Positions 1 through 12,727 of a stretch of DNA of 64,000 nucleotides are shown here, piece after piece. The notes below the pieces were generated by a model. It saw nothing but the letters and a program-made list of their open reading frames with translations. It ran no database searches and was not told the DNA's origin. A program made the translations under genes and the position numbers. The stretch covers positions 23,283,319 through 23,347,318 of the forward strand of contig OZ037768.1 of the NCBI GenBank assembly GCA_964035545.1, read 5' to 3'. Every line of letters begins with the position of its first letter. Position 1 is the stretch's first letter. This stretch comes from Bugula neritina. Taxonomy: Eukaryota; Animalia; Bryozoa.

Positions 1-89
1 TATTTCATTCTACCTGCCAGTATTTCAGTCTACCTGCACTAAGCAAGGTAGCTCTTGCTATCAGTGTTTCTATTTCCAAGTATGTGTAT

Positions 90-3000
90 CTAGCACCGGA
101 GTTTGGACGACATAGACGATTGCATCTGGTTGTGGCCGGACTGCATCATGTCACTTCTCTTATAATACAACAGGTAGGGAACACAAGGGTGTCTAAAGTC
201 CAGCACGTCTTCAGGAGCGATTACTTTAGTGGAGTTGTCGTCAAACTTCACCCACGACTGCGTGCCGTTATGAAAGACGTCTGTGTGGTAATGGCCCCCG
301 GTGGTCTTGGCGCCAGAGTGGTACACCACTGTAACAGAAACAAGGTGGGATACACCACTGAAACTCAACACAACAAAACACACCATGGCTTCCGCACACA
401 ACACAATGCACATCAATACATCGAAATGTTAAACATGAAAGCTTTCCGCACCTGCAAACAGCTTGTATCTCCGCTGCTCCAAGGGGAGGGGTCTCTTCTG
501 TGAACTCATCAGCTCTGTAAGAAGTCAACAGGAAATAGTTTTAGAGTCACATGTGTAGAAATAATGAGCTGCACATTCAACAGGCTGACAACATATAATA
601 AAATAACATTTCCTATACTGCTGGGAGGACATAACTAAGCAGCTTATACCACGTACTATAATTATACTACATACAGCTGGCTGTTACTACGTACCGCCAT
701 CAAACTCCAGAGTTTCACTGAACCTAAGGCTGTGAAGCACTTTCTGCGACCCGCCATCGATGTCGTAGACGAAGCACTTGAGGTGCACAATAAGTATGGG
801 TGGCAAGAGTTCAAAGGTCAGCTTCCTGTGAGCATCCAGCAAGGTCTTGGTCTTAGGGCACTGGTACCCGTCAATAATCTCTTTGCTCACGAAATCCTTC
901 AACGCATCTTCTATCGTATTGCCACTGGTTGTCTGGAACACACAGCGGACACTTTATAACTTGATTACTACATAGTAACTAGAGTTATCTCCCCACTGCA
1001 CAGCTTGTATTGAGCTATTCTACTACAGATTGCCACTTCAGTCTCACCTGCACGTTGAGAGGAACTGTGAAGAATGGCTCCAGCACTGCTGAGTCCGTAT
1101 TCTTGCCCCCAGTGGACAGGGAGGACCTGAGGAGGCCCCCGAATATCTTGGAGATAGGCGTGCTAGTCTTGTCCACGTTGCTGGCCGTGGGAATGGCCTT
1201 GTTCCTGTGTCCCACCTGCAGCCACTCGCCGTCTTCCTCGTCGTCTGAGCTGGAAGCCTCGTTTCCGTGCCCGTTCATCTGAGACACTGCAAAGGCAATC
1301 AAGTGAGCTGGTATTGGAAGGGTAAACGTATGACCAGAGAGACTGAAAGGTAGACTAGAAAAGCTGTATTGATATGAGTTCAGAGTTCAACCAGTTGCAC
1401 TGAAAAAATTACCAATCAACAAGACAGAGACGGGGGGGGGGGAGAGGGAGAAATTGTAAGACAGACTAACACGTGTTTCTACGTAACGTACCTGGCGAGG
1501 ACTTGCCATGGCGCAGCAGAGCCCCGATCTCTTCGTGCAGTTTATTCAGCAAGCATGTGAGGAATTCTTCAGCGTCCTCCTGTTTCCCCCTTTGAAAGGT
1601 ATTTTCAGAGGTCTTCAGTTTATCCAGCACATTGTACACCGACACGGGTTCAAAGGGCGCTCCGTGTTTCAAGTCTTTTTTGCTTCTCTTTTTATCTTCT
1701 ACTTTTTCAAACTGATTGACAAACTCAACCCTGTAACACACAGCATACTCAATAGCCAATCAGAACACAGAGATTTACCACAACATCAAAGTCAAAACAA
1801 TCTGCATACTTAGATATGAAAGCGAGACCAGTGTGTCACTGTCATTGCCATCCAAACTGAAAGCTGAGTTAGACAGGGTCTACAAATACTCACATAGCAT
1901 CGAGCACTGGAGTTACCGGCCCCTGTCTTCCCAGTGGTGGATATGCAGGCAGAGATTTCAGCAGTTGGTAAAAAGGGGGACAGGCTAGAAGTGACTGGAG
2001 TATGGAATTTACGTAACACCAGTTGGCCTGGTTGATCAGCCTTCGAACTTGAATATTGACCACAGTGTGATTGAGCTGGTAGTTCGAGAGAATGGCTGTA
2101 AATATTACATTAAATATGATATATTATATATAACTCTATATTACCATTAGTTACTATATTACATGTTATATCTAACTATACATTACCATTAGTTACTATA
2201 TTACATGTTATATCTAACTATACATTACCATTAGTTACTATATTACATGTTATATATAACTATGCAAATTACATATTATAAAACTACACTATGATCGGTA
2301 TAAGCAAGCAAAGCTATATATTATAATAAATGTAGAGATAGTAAACACTAATGTAGTTGTCTTCTCTTTAGTTAAGGACTGCTAAATGCTAAAAATTTGT
2401 TTTGCAAAGATCATTAACAAAAAAACTAAATTACTCAAACTATGTAATTCACTGATAAAAGACACTGGGACAAGATTTCACAAGTAAACTAGATTTAATA
2501 AGACATTCTACTGCTGTGTTTACATGAGTACAGAATGCAGCAAAGGTTGTGGCACAAGTGCTGCATATATTTCACACAATACTTTCATATTCTATCAACT
2601 GAGTGACACACACACCAGTGACAAGCCAGTAACCAGTGAGACAGACAGACAGACACTCACCGTGTTCGCTGACAACGTCACCGTTGACCTGAGGAAGAGG
2701 CTCCGCCTTCTGCACAGCTGCCGGCTGTTCGGAGGACTTGGTGGCAGGACTGGAGGTGGAGTTGCCCAGCACACTGGCCCACGACCTGGTAGGGGTCGGA
2801 AAGGCCATCGTCTTCGGTGTCCCAGTGGAAGGCTCAGACTTGGGTGTTGCGTCAGCAGCAGCAGCAGGCTTCTCAGAGGGTGCGGACTCTGTCTGGGTGA
2901 CAGCGACCGGGCTGACAGCGACTGGGGTGACAGCGACTGGGGTGACGGCGGGGGGAGGAGAGTTGGAGATAGGGGGTTCTGCAGTCGGTGGAGCCGGTGG

Positions 3001-6000
3001 CGTGGAGGGGGTCTTCTCGGGAGAAGCAGCAGCGACTGTACGATTTTCCTGCTTACTGACCTTCACCTCTGTCTTTGTGACGTTACGTCGTGAGCCGTTC
3101 TTTTTAGTAGAAAAGAACTCGGTGGGTTTACCGGTGTTATGACCTCGGCTGCCTGCAATGAACCCACATGAGTTCACTCAATAGTTAAACACACTATAAC
3201 ACTAGGCGATCCATAACTCATGGCTTAATGGTTTAAATTACAATAAAAAGCCTAAACCACCTTCAGTGACACATGACAGCACATGTCACTGTGGAATGAC
3301 ATATGACAGCACAGTGACACCAGTGGCGTATGACAGCACAGTGACACCAGTGGCATGTGACAGCACAGTGACACCAGTGGCATGTGACAGCACAGTGACA
3401 CCAGTGGGGTATGACAGCACAGTGACACCAGTGGCATGTGACAGCACAGTGACACCAGTGGCGTATGACAGCACAGTGACACCAGTGGCGTATGACAGCA
3501 CAGTGACACCAGTGGGGTATGACAGCACAGTGACACCAGTGGCATATGACAGCACAGTAACACCAGTGGCGTATGACAGCACAGTGACACCAGTGGCGTA
3601 TGACAGAATAGTGGCGTATGACAGAGAGAGTGCTGAAGGGATTTGTGGTCACTTACCGTACAAAGGCATCTGTACAGAAGTCTTACGTTTAGTAAGGATT
3701 TTTGACACTTCTTCTCTTTCGCCATCAGAGCCTGTGAAACCAAACGAGAAGCTGTCCAGATTGATGAGGCCTTGAGAACTGCGGTTGGGTACGATCATTC
3801 CTTGAGAAGAACGCCGGGGTTTCGTGTGCGAGGGGGACTGGGGTCGCCCAGGGAAGGTAGTGTTAGCAGGTGCGGTCACAGGCTGTATGACAGCGGGTGC
3901 AGGAGGGAGCGGGGCAGGCTCAGAGGGTTCTCTCTGCTATAAATAGACATTTGACATGCAGATCACAGGCTAGCTGTATTTTGTATAACACAAACGATAT
4001 GCTGAGAAATTGGAGCAATTGTTCAGTAACTAGATGGAGTGAAGTCAGTGTGTGCGATTACAGTGGTGGAGTCAGAAATTTTTGTTGCCAACATAATGTC
4101 ATTTTGAAACTCTGATATTAAATAACAGGGTTGGGGTCAATTACATATGAATGTAATTAATTACAATTACATGAAAATTTGTCATTTACAATTATAGCTA
4201 AAATTAGTGTAACTAATTAAAATTAAAATTGTTCTCATAAGGGACAAATAGAAGTTATATAGTCTCACTTCTGTGGTCCAACTACTCAGGCAATTTTGTT
4301 ATTGTCAACAGTGATTAATACATTACTACATTCAATTAATTTTATTAAACAGTAGTCAAAAGAAAAAGTATGAATTTCATAAGAGTTAAAAATTTGAAGT
4401 ACTATAAATGTAAAAATGATAAATTGTAAAAATCAATTACATTAGCTATGTAATTACATTTTTATAAATCAATTACAAAATACATTCAATTACTTGGAAA
4501 AATGTATTTAATTACAACCAATGACAAATTGGGTCATTTTATTTCATCTATTATGCATCAGCAAATTCTGACTAAAAATTGAAATTGATTCAAAATTTAT
4601 AAAAATTTGCTGTATGGGGTAATTGAATGTGCCGATTCCAAATATTTAAAGCAAAAGAGGCTAAGAGGGGGTCCTGCAACCATAAAGCGCACCCTCAAAG
4701 CGCAAACTTTCAAAAGCGCAGTTTATCTCAAATTACATGCTCATCAATAAAACTTACCGGAACTACCATTTTTAATATTTATTCTTAGCTTTAAAATTTT
4801 GATAGTTATGAACTGAGTATTATGAAAAAAAACCGTAGCAAATATCTTAGTTTTTTTACTGAAAAATTAGGCATAGTTAGAGAAAAACTTGACTATTTAG
4901 TACTTATTAATATTTTATTTTAGTGCCAAGTTTGATATATGTATTAACAGCAAAAAAACCTAAAATCATCAGTAAAATGACCCAATAACATTTACCTTAA
5001 CCCTAATAAATCCAACAGAAAGCATCTTCTTAAAAATAATAACTTCTCAGTCAAATATAATGTGAAATGAGTGACTAATTCATGTGGCAATAGAAAGGGG
5101 TAGTTGAGTTAGGGATTACCAGTATCCTTGGTGCCGGCTGGTTGTTAATGTAAGCTGTGCCGGAGCTGTAAGTCCCGGAGTGGTCTCTCCTGATGGCAGC
5201 AGAGGCAGCAGTAGTGAAGGAGGCGACAGTGGTGAAGGGGACTGGGAAGTAGTTGGCAGGTGGATACCCTGGGAACGGGGCAACTGTCATGGGAGGACGG
5301 TAGCCAGACATCGGGAGCTGTGGAACGTGACCATTGGATGGGAAGAACCCAGTTGAGGAATTTACAAACCTGGGCACCTGCACAACACAAGTTGATCAGA
5401 ATAAGTTCACGTTCAGTTCAAGCAAGACTACACAATTTTATAACAGAATATGAAACTGAGGCTAATTGTACATACAAATGATTGGCTAACACAGAATATA
5501 TTACATTCCAATGAGTTACTCAAACAAAAACTACATTCGGTTACTAAGGCTATGATAATCACTCACTGGAAATGGTGTCATCTGAGTGTGAGGGGCCGCG
5601 TAGGGGAGCTGTTGCGGGACAGTCATACTCGCCATTCTCGGGTCATGCACATTGATAGGTGGATTTTGGAAGCTGTAGTTGGGTTGAGGCATGCCTCCCT
5701 GCTGTATGTGCGGGACGTGAGCTCTCCTATTGTAGTCCGTCACGGGAGGGTTAGGGAGGATGGGCGGCGCCCTGGTGAGGTCAGGCATAACGTCGCTGGC
5801 TGGAGCTGTCATGGTGTCTGGAGGGGGAGGAGGGTTGCGAATCGGGGCTCCTGGAACAAATTCCTCGGCGAGGGCATTCAATAAGTAGGGGACCTGTCAG
5901 GAAATACATGGAATATAGAGCTACAGAAGTATTCAGGTGGCAGTTAGTGCCCTGTCAGGGGATACATGGAGTACAGAGCTACAAGCAACTGACTCGGCAT

Positions 6001-6640
6001 AGACTACTGATGAGTAGAAATATTTACCGGAGGTCTACTGGTTGGCGGCACCACACCAGGGTCAGCATTGGTCTCGGCAGCATTTTCAAACTTCAATTCT
6101 CCTCCAAGTTCCTTCATACCAGACTGTTCTGATACAACCAGATCTTCCACAGGTTCGCAGTCTACTAGCAAGGCAGAGTATTTAGTGATACAGTATATAT
6201 AGTACAGAGTATATATAGATACAGAGATGAAAGTATTTTTTATAATTCTACTTGGTTGAATCGTAAATCGCACTTTTCGATCTTGATTCAACAATACAGA
6301 AAAAGTACTTTTAGAGAAATATCTTACCTTCACTTTCACAAATCTCCAGAAAGTTGGTAAAGTCATCAGGAAACTACAAACATACCAACCAAGTTTTAAA
6401 ATGTACTCTTTCATAAGTAATATAATATACACAACTATACTCTGTCTCAGAATATACACAACTATACTCTGTCTCAGAATATACACAACTATACTCTCTC
6501 TCAGAATATACACAACTCACCTCTACTCTCTCAGATGGTTTACTCAACACTTCCCATATCAGTACATCTTGCTTTGCCACCACCACTGGATCCTCCAAAG
6601 AATGGCCGAAGAAGCTAAAAGGAGCCTTCATTTTCTCCAT
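90..6640 (-). CDS. USP10: Ubiquitin carboxyl-terminal hydrolase 10 (USP10/Ubp3 family), multi-exon
   Basis: Phase-consistent GT-AG exons at approx. 6640-6521, 6373-6328, 6165-6028, 5893-5567, 5378-5119, 3937-3657, 3152-2661, 2096-1894, 1731-1491, 1287-1048, 933-694, 515-452 and 328-90. Motifs: PAM2 (LLNALAEEFVPG), Cys box (RLINQANWCYVNSILQSLLACPPFY), GKQEDAEEFL, EWLQVG...TPISKIFGGLLRS, LPPILIVHLKCFVY, His box (VVYHSGAKTTGGHYHTDV), WVKFDD, PYLLYY. Together these are diagnostic of USP10. Confidence 0.93.
2100..2270. repeat. 42-bp intronic minisatellite abutting a USP10 acceptor
   Basis: About 3-4 copies of TTACCATTAGTTACTATATTACATGTTATATCTAACTATACA next to the exon starting near 2096. Confidence 0.85.
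3275..3622. repeat. 21-bp intronic minisatellite
   Basis: About 16 copies of TGACAGCACAGTGACACCAGTGGCRTA-like unit near the donor at 3656. It produces four spurious ORFs in the track. Confidence 0.95.
4126..5005. mobile_element. Degenerate hAT-like non-autonomous DNA transposon with a second MITE nested inside
   Basis: Left end CAGGGTTGGGGTCAATTAC with many subterminal AATTAC/GTAATT motifs. Degraded right end ATTTACCTTAACCCTA at about 4990-5005. Confidence 0.5.
4528..4986. mobile_element. MITE with 16-bp terminal inverted repeats
   Basis: ATTGGGTCATTTTATT (4528-4543) vs AGTAAAATGACCCAAT (4971-4986): 15/16 inverted match. No ORF. Confidence 0.65.
6422..6535. repeat. 27-bp repeat seeded on the end of the first coding exon of USP10
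   Basis: Minus strand TCTGAGAGAGTAGAG|GTGAGTTGTGTATAT is followed by three TCTGAGA(C/G)AGAGTATAGTTGTGTATAT copies. Confidence 0.85.
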
Positions 6641-7535
6641 TACTACTTTTCGACCCAACAGGTCTTACGGCCAGCAGATTAAAACTGCAAAAGAAAGTTA
6701 CCAAAAAATAAGTGAATTACATAACATGGGAGAACAAGACAGTTGAACGTGAGAAAGTGATCAATAAATTAAATTTTCAATTGAATCAAAACTTTAGGCT
6801 ACCATTTGAAAAAACAAATTTAGTGCTTATTCAGCTTTTATTATGAATACAATTCGACCAATCCTTCAACTCGTTATCAAAAGAAACACTAAAGTTCTCT
6901 CTCAAATTTCTGAGTGATCTTTAGAGTATCAAAGTGTAGTTACTTTGATGGTTAAATTTTTGAAAGATAAAAAGTTCAAGTTAAACCTTTTAAAATCTAG
7001 TTAATAATTATTACCATAACCATTAACTTAATTTTGCATGCTTACAGCTCAGCCACAGGCACATGTAAAATCTCAATAAAAGTTGCTTTTACACTTACAG
7101 TAACTTTAAGACTCGATGGCATAGCCATACGTATCACTATCTGCCTTATGGTATAGAGTATAGATTATAGTCATACTCATAGTTATAGTGACTGCAATAC
7201 TGATACTGATAAACTTGAAGTTACGCATTCTCATTCTCAAAGTCAATGACAATCCGAATCTCATGATTGTACTCAATCTCATAGTAATAGAGTATCGGTA
7301 TCATACTTATACTGTGAGTAGGATACTAATACTTTATGAGTATGAGGTTGAGTCATAGTGTCAGCGATGCTCATACTCACTTACTTATAGTCATCGTGAT
7401 ACTGATAGTGTCTAGTCAGTACGATACTGATAGTCATAGTGAATCTGAATGTGATACTCATATGATACTGATACTGATAGTGCCTGCTGAATGTGACACT
7501 TTAGATCATTTTCGTTAAACTAATTATTCACTTAC

Positions 7536-7600
7536 CTATTGTTTAGTTAGTCATTTTAAATTGAGTGCGTCCAACTTTTTGTTAGAAAAAATAGGAAATC
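7536..7600 (-). promoter_or_regulatory. Probable USP10 non-coding leader exon with a minimal uORF (ATG ACT AAC TAA, 7554-7543)
   Basis: Strong donor AG|GTAAGT at 7536/7535 upstream of the acceptor near 6685; AAAATG context; CCAAT element near 7735-7739. The transcription start is not determined. Confidence 0.5.
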
Positions 7601-7959
7601 CATTACTATTCAGTTTTGATTTGATTTCATTGTAAAGCCGAGACCACCATCATGCTTATATTTCATTCGGAAGAGAGAAGATGAGAGTTGGTGTTTGCGC
7701 TGTAGAAACGCAGAATAAAACCTTGGAGCTTTTGATTGGTTGATGTATAAAAATATCGAAAGCTTGAGAGACGTTTATAACAAGTATATAGAGTTGTCTT
7801 TCCTACAACGCTTGGACGCCGAAAATCATGGCGCATGGTAAAATTGCCTTTTCACTAGTGCAAAGAACCGCAAATGGCAGTAAACAGACTGCTTTTCCTT
7901 TAGAAAAAAAGCATAATATAAGATCTAGCTGTATGTACAAAGGTTATTAGTTACTCACC

Positions 7960-8092
7960 TGAGTGAAAGTGGAGAAATTGGAACCAAGAAGTTTTGTAAA
8001 ACCTTGTAATATCCGATAGTTCAGCTAAAAGAATTATCTTGTGTCCAGTTGGATGGGCAATGAGCAGGAGAGATGGAACAGTTCCTTTTATA
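7960..8092 (-). promoter_or_regulatory. TATA box plus Inr and an ATG-free leader exon (probable alternative USP10 promoter)
   Basis: TATAAAAG starts at 8092, Inr-like TCATTG has its A at 8061 (31 nt spacing), and a consensus donor CAG|GTGAGT lies at 7960/7959. Confidence 0.55.
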
Positions 8093-10749
8093 CTATAATC
8101 TTGAAAGGCCTTTCTGGAAACCTATAATTAGTATGGTCTGAACACACCAGATAGGTTTGGTGTTTCTTCACAGAGATTAAAATTTAACAATACAGTAATT
8201 ATAAGTAATTTAGTATAGCTGGTAGAATTTAATCCAGTTTACTAGGTGACAATTGCATGTTAGAAATATTGCTGTTAGACTACCAAATTATAAAAGTTAA
8301 TTATGGCTTGTAAATAGTTTAAGAAAGTGGAAAACATGATAACATAGTCACCAGTAATGTGACCACTCTTCTAGTTGAGTAAATTCACTTTCTCACTTCC
8401 CAGACTGCTTCTGAAATTTCTATGCTTCTAGTTTACACAAATAAATAACGAGAAAATAGAAGAATATATATTTTGCAGATATATAAATATATTTATATAT
8501 TATATATATATATTATTTATATATTATATATATATATATTTTTATATATTATATATTTTTTAATTTTACTACATATATCTCTAAGTTTATATAAATATAT
8601 AGAAATATATATTATGTTAACAATTTATATATAATATTAAAGCTAATTGATTGTATGAAATATGGTTGCAAATTTTTCAATAATTAATATAGTGTAATAT
8701 TTTGATATTTATAAGTGCAATATATAGTTATATAATAGTATATGTCGCTACTATAAGATATTATTTAATGAAATTTTAATGACTATAAATTTATTAAAAT
8801 TGTTTTGTATAAATATATAAAACACATGCAACCGATGAATGAGACTAATTTAGTTATGCCGTTGCATTACAATTTATAATGTGATTGTTGCAATTAGCTG
8901 TTACTATTTCTTCTAAATTGAATGAAAACAAGTTATAAATATAGTTTATTTATACTATATTTTTATAGAAAATATTACAGAGATTAAACTTTTGAAAGCT
9001 CTGCCAATAAAACATATTAAATTAGGTTATAGAAAAGCAGAAAACTAGCACCATGAAAAGGTGAGCATAAAATATTCTAAATAACCACGCTGAGGTATAA
9101 GATTGGGAAAAGAAATGAATTTTGTAAGCTGTTAGTGGCATAAGCAACCCGGGGTGGAAAATAAGTTAGTGCTGCACCAGTTAAATTCATAATAAAAAAT
9201 CATAGTAGAAATTGACCAAAATAAATTCATGCACTTTTGCAGGCCTTGATTGGCTAATGAAGTCCCTACTCCAGATATCTTTGAGATACATGTAATGGTA
9301 TGATATCTAAAGAAGGAGTTGTCTAATCATAGAAAGAATCCTCAATATTCTAGAAGCTTCTGGTCTGAGTAGGAGACGCCAGGGCTGACTTTCCTAGGCT
9401 CAGAGTTATTACCTATCACCGTGACTTGCCTTTCATATCTGATAAACCGAGGTGCAGGGGCTATTCTTTCTATAAATATTTCATCTTTGGAAAATGGGTC
9501 AAGGTCTTCCTACAAAATATATTATCAGTTTACTAATCAATAATAAATGTTATCATAATAACACATTAACTCTCACAATGGCATTTGATTAAATTTCAAT
9601 GGTGTAATTTACCTCTACAAAATATACTACAAACTGCACATAAATTCTGTGAGCTACTGGAATTACATTTTCAAATTTCTCTAGTTTCACATTATACTGA
9701 CAACGACAGTTGTGAATTTTCAAATATAGTAAAATATCTGACTCTACCAGAGTTTTCTGGATTTGCAAAGCCAATGTGTTAACCATTACACTTAAGAGGT
9801 TACGGCTTAACCCTACAATAAAGACGTCTTACTAACATAGACACGTGCTCACTTACTGGATCAGTAGGTATAACCAGTGAGTTGAATTACTGTCTTATGG
9901 TATAACCACGTCAGCTTGCGTCTCTCAACATGCACAACTTTGCAACAACTGCCAAAAGCTGGTAATTATTACACATTATTTCAGAGTTGTATTATGCCTA
10001 TTTTTTGTCAAAGAAGTAAATCCTTAGGCACTTCTCAACTTGGGTCCATTATAAATAATTAATGTTTTTCTTGTAAAAAGAATTTGCAGGAATTTGGGTT
10101 TGACCCAGGGCCAAAACTTAATGTCTTCGTGACTAGTAATTATTTTTTTGGTTACTCAACAAGTACAAAGTTCATCTAGTTTTAAAACCTTTAACTTCTT
10201 TATTATTTACACACACCTTTGTTCTTTTGTACTGTCAGCAAGACTGCCCCTTTCTAATTATATACCACAGTCAACTGTAATGAGTTTCAGGCACTGTAAT
10301 ATTACTATAGGCTAAGTCTTTCTAATAGTTACATTTCTTTACAACTGTAGATCCTTTCTGCACCTTATAAGGCTATCATTAGTCATAACAATGTAGAAGT
10401 GTTACATCATCAAAATTCTTTATGATTTTAAACTCTGTTTACTAAAGCTTTATCCAACCCCTGAGTTTAACGGCACCACCCCTGTGAGAACCCCTACGAA
10501 CTGTGTCTAGCTGGAACAGTTAGTCTTTACTTTTAAAAGCCTTCTTCTATGTTCATTTCACCAAATATATACTAAAAACTATATAACAGATTGTTGAGGG
10601 AATAAATAAATGCGAAAGTTATTGTAAACAGCTGCATTATAACAAGCTATCCTTGACTTTTCAATATCACAATTTCTTAGAGAAGCCCATTTGTTCTTAG
10701 AACTTCAAAATCTAGGAAATCTTTTTTCTTGAAACCATTTTCTATAGTT

Positions 10750-10880
10750 GACACCCACCCACCTTGATATACTGACATCCACCTTAAGATGCTGACACCC
10801 ACCTTGAGGTGCTGGCACCCACCTTAAGGTGCTGACACCCACCTTGAGGTGCTGACACCCACCTTGAGGTGCTGACACCC
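10750..10880. repeat. 20-bp repeat containing the exon end and splice donor
   Basis: Minus-strand unit GGGTGTCAGCACCTCAAG|GT, about 6 copies, decaying away from the exon. Confidence 0.9.
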
Positions 10881-10994
10881 TTTGCACGGGTTGGTGAGTA
10901 GAGAGCACAGTTTGCACAACATTGCCACAATTCCTACTCCTAGAAATACTCCCAGAAACACCACCAGAACTGTAGCTACCAACGAGTTCTCCAT
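10863..10994 (-). CDS. First coding exon of a putative small single-pass membrane protein (downstream exons uncertain, possibly 10510-10459, about 10256-10220 and beyond)
   Basis: MENSLVATVLVVFLGVFLGVGIVAMLCKLCSLLTNPCKGCQHLK: a hydrophobic helix of about 21 aa followed by a Cys cluster. Acceptor at 11013 and donor AAG|GTGGGT at 10863. Confidence 0.5.
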
Positions 10995-11274
10995 GTCTTG
11001 TATGAATGTAATTCTGCAACATGTAATAGAGATCATTGGATGACTGGCTGGGAAAATACTAAGCTGAACTTTACTTTGTTTATGAGATTAGTAGACAATT
11101 GCGCAGTTTGATTTTTTTTAAAAATTCAGTTCAAAGTAAGTCAGTAAAAGTTGAACCCCCGAACTTTGTTGCATACTTTATAATATATTGGGCACAAGTC
11201 TTGATACAAAGGCTACATGAGAGAAATGCTTAACCATCATACACTCTTCTATATAAAAGCATATTCTTATTCCA

Positions 11275-11436
11275 CTACCTGCTACAGTTACAGCTACAGT
11301 TACAGCTCCAGCTAGAGTTACAGTTACAGCTACAGTTACAGCTACAGCTACAGTTACAGCTACAGCTAGGTTACAGCTACAAGCCACAGTTACAGCTACA
11401 GCTAGAGTTACAGCTACAGGCTACAGCTACAGTTAC
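11275..11436. repeat. (GCTACA/GTTACA)n hexamer repeat
   Basis: Seen directly; it produces a spurious VAVTVA ORF. Confidence 0.9.
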
Positions 11437-12609
11437 ATGTATGCAAATGCAAGTAAATTGAATAATGAAAGCCTTAAGTAGTTACTATAATATAACAATA
11501 AGTATAAACAATTAATGTTACATTCTCAAATATTACATATGAGTACAGGATTATAACGTAATTTTATTGTCTAAGAAATTTACATTATCGTAAAATTTTC
11601 AAATGTTACCTTCACTTGACGAGTTCTACCATCAATCATAGGAGTCTTCTAAGAACAAGATATGAGTTTAACTAAAGCCTGTTTGAGTTTGAACTTGAAA
11701 CTAACTGCTAGAAAATGTTTAAAATAATAATATTGTGGAAAAAACTCTCTACTCACAATACTATATACTCTGTCTGTAACTTTTAATAAAAACAGCCCGT
11801 TTGGTTAATCATAATGAGATATAAAAAGTAGTTGCACTGAAAACTTCATTCCACGCATATTCCAACTATGAAAAAAGTAATTAAAGAGAAAGATAACAAT
11901 ACAGGCAGTAGGTTTTCGTGAATAGCATGAGGTTCATAAATAGGTGGTCATTGATCAGGTATAGTATTGTACATAACTGGGTTATTATTAAATGTAATTA
12001 TAAACAATGACTGAGTTGACAATAATAACATGCCTTGTTGATTGAATTATAGACATGTGAATGTAGAGTCATATATCAAAAATAATATATACATGCAATG
12101 TTGTTGAAATAGTTTTGTAAATGAAATAGTTGAATTAAATTCCCAAGTTTTTCTTGGCTCATGGTAAAATGTAGGTCAGATAAGAATTTAAATTTAGCTA
12201 ATTAAAGGCTAGAAAAACAGCCAAATTCGGTTTTCATCATGCAGCTTTTTCAACAAAGCTATTGCTCATTTTCAATCTGTATTGTTTGTAATTATACTCA
12301 ACGATATGAAAATATGTTACAAGGAAAGACAACTTCATAGGCTAATAATTAACAAAATTGTTTGGCTTTGGCTCTCAGCTAGTGAATGAACTTAAATCGT
12401 TACAGGTTGTCCTTTTTTACCGTTGGAAAGCTGAAAGTTGACTAAAATTAAGCCTGGCGATATTGTGGGGGAAAACAATTCATTATATAGATTAAATGAC
12501 AACGACCAGTTTAGGAGTTAGCCTTCCCACATGATGTAATATCTTTACAGCATACAGAGCACTGTTTTGATTGAACTGTTTATTTTAGGTAATTTGAGCA
12601 GTTAGGAGA

Positions 12610-12727
12610 GAGGGGTGTGTGCTGGGGGACAGGGGGTGTGTGCTGGGGGAACAGGGGTGTGTGCTGGAGGGACAGGGGTGTGTGCTGGAGGGACAGGGGT
12701 GTGTGCTGGGGGGACAGGAGTGTGTGT
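12610..12727. repeat. G-rich minisatellite, about 21-bp unit
   Basis: About 5 copies of GGGGTGTGTGCTGG(A/G)GGGACA. Confidence 0.9.

Noticed and set aside
3252-3775. Four overlapping Cys/His-rich or periodic ORFs
   Set aside because: They are translations of a 21-bp intronic minisatellite; only 3657-3937 on the minus strand is a real USP10 exon.
84-6132. Plus-strand ORFs overlapping USP10 exons
   Set aside because: Antisense shadows of GC-rich coding exons with no independent splice or domain evidence.
7140-7500. Degenerate (ATACTC/ATAGTC)-type hexamer tract and 60-aa ORF, similar to 19980-20120
   Set aside because: Low-complexity decayed microsatellite. Its position near gene starts in two cases is too little evidence for function.
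7828-7840. ATGGCGCATG|GTAAAA as the first exon of a divergent plus-strand gene
   Set aside because: No compatible downstream plus-strand exons found between 8 and 20 kb.
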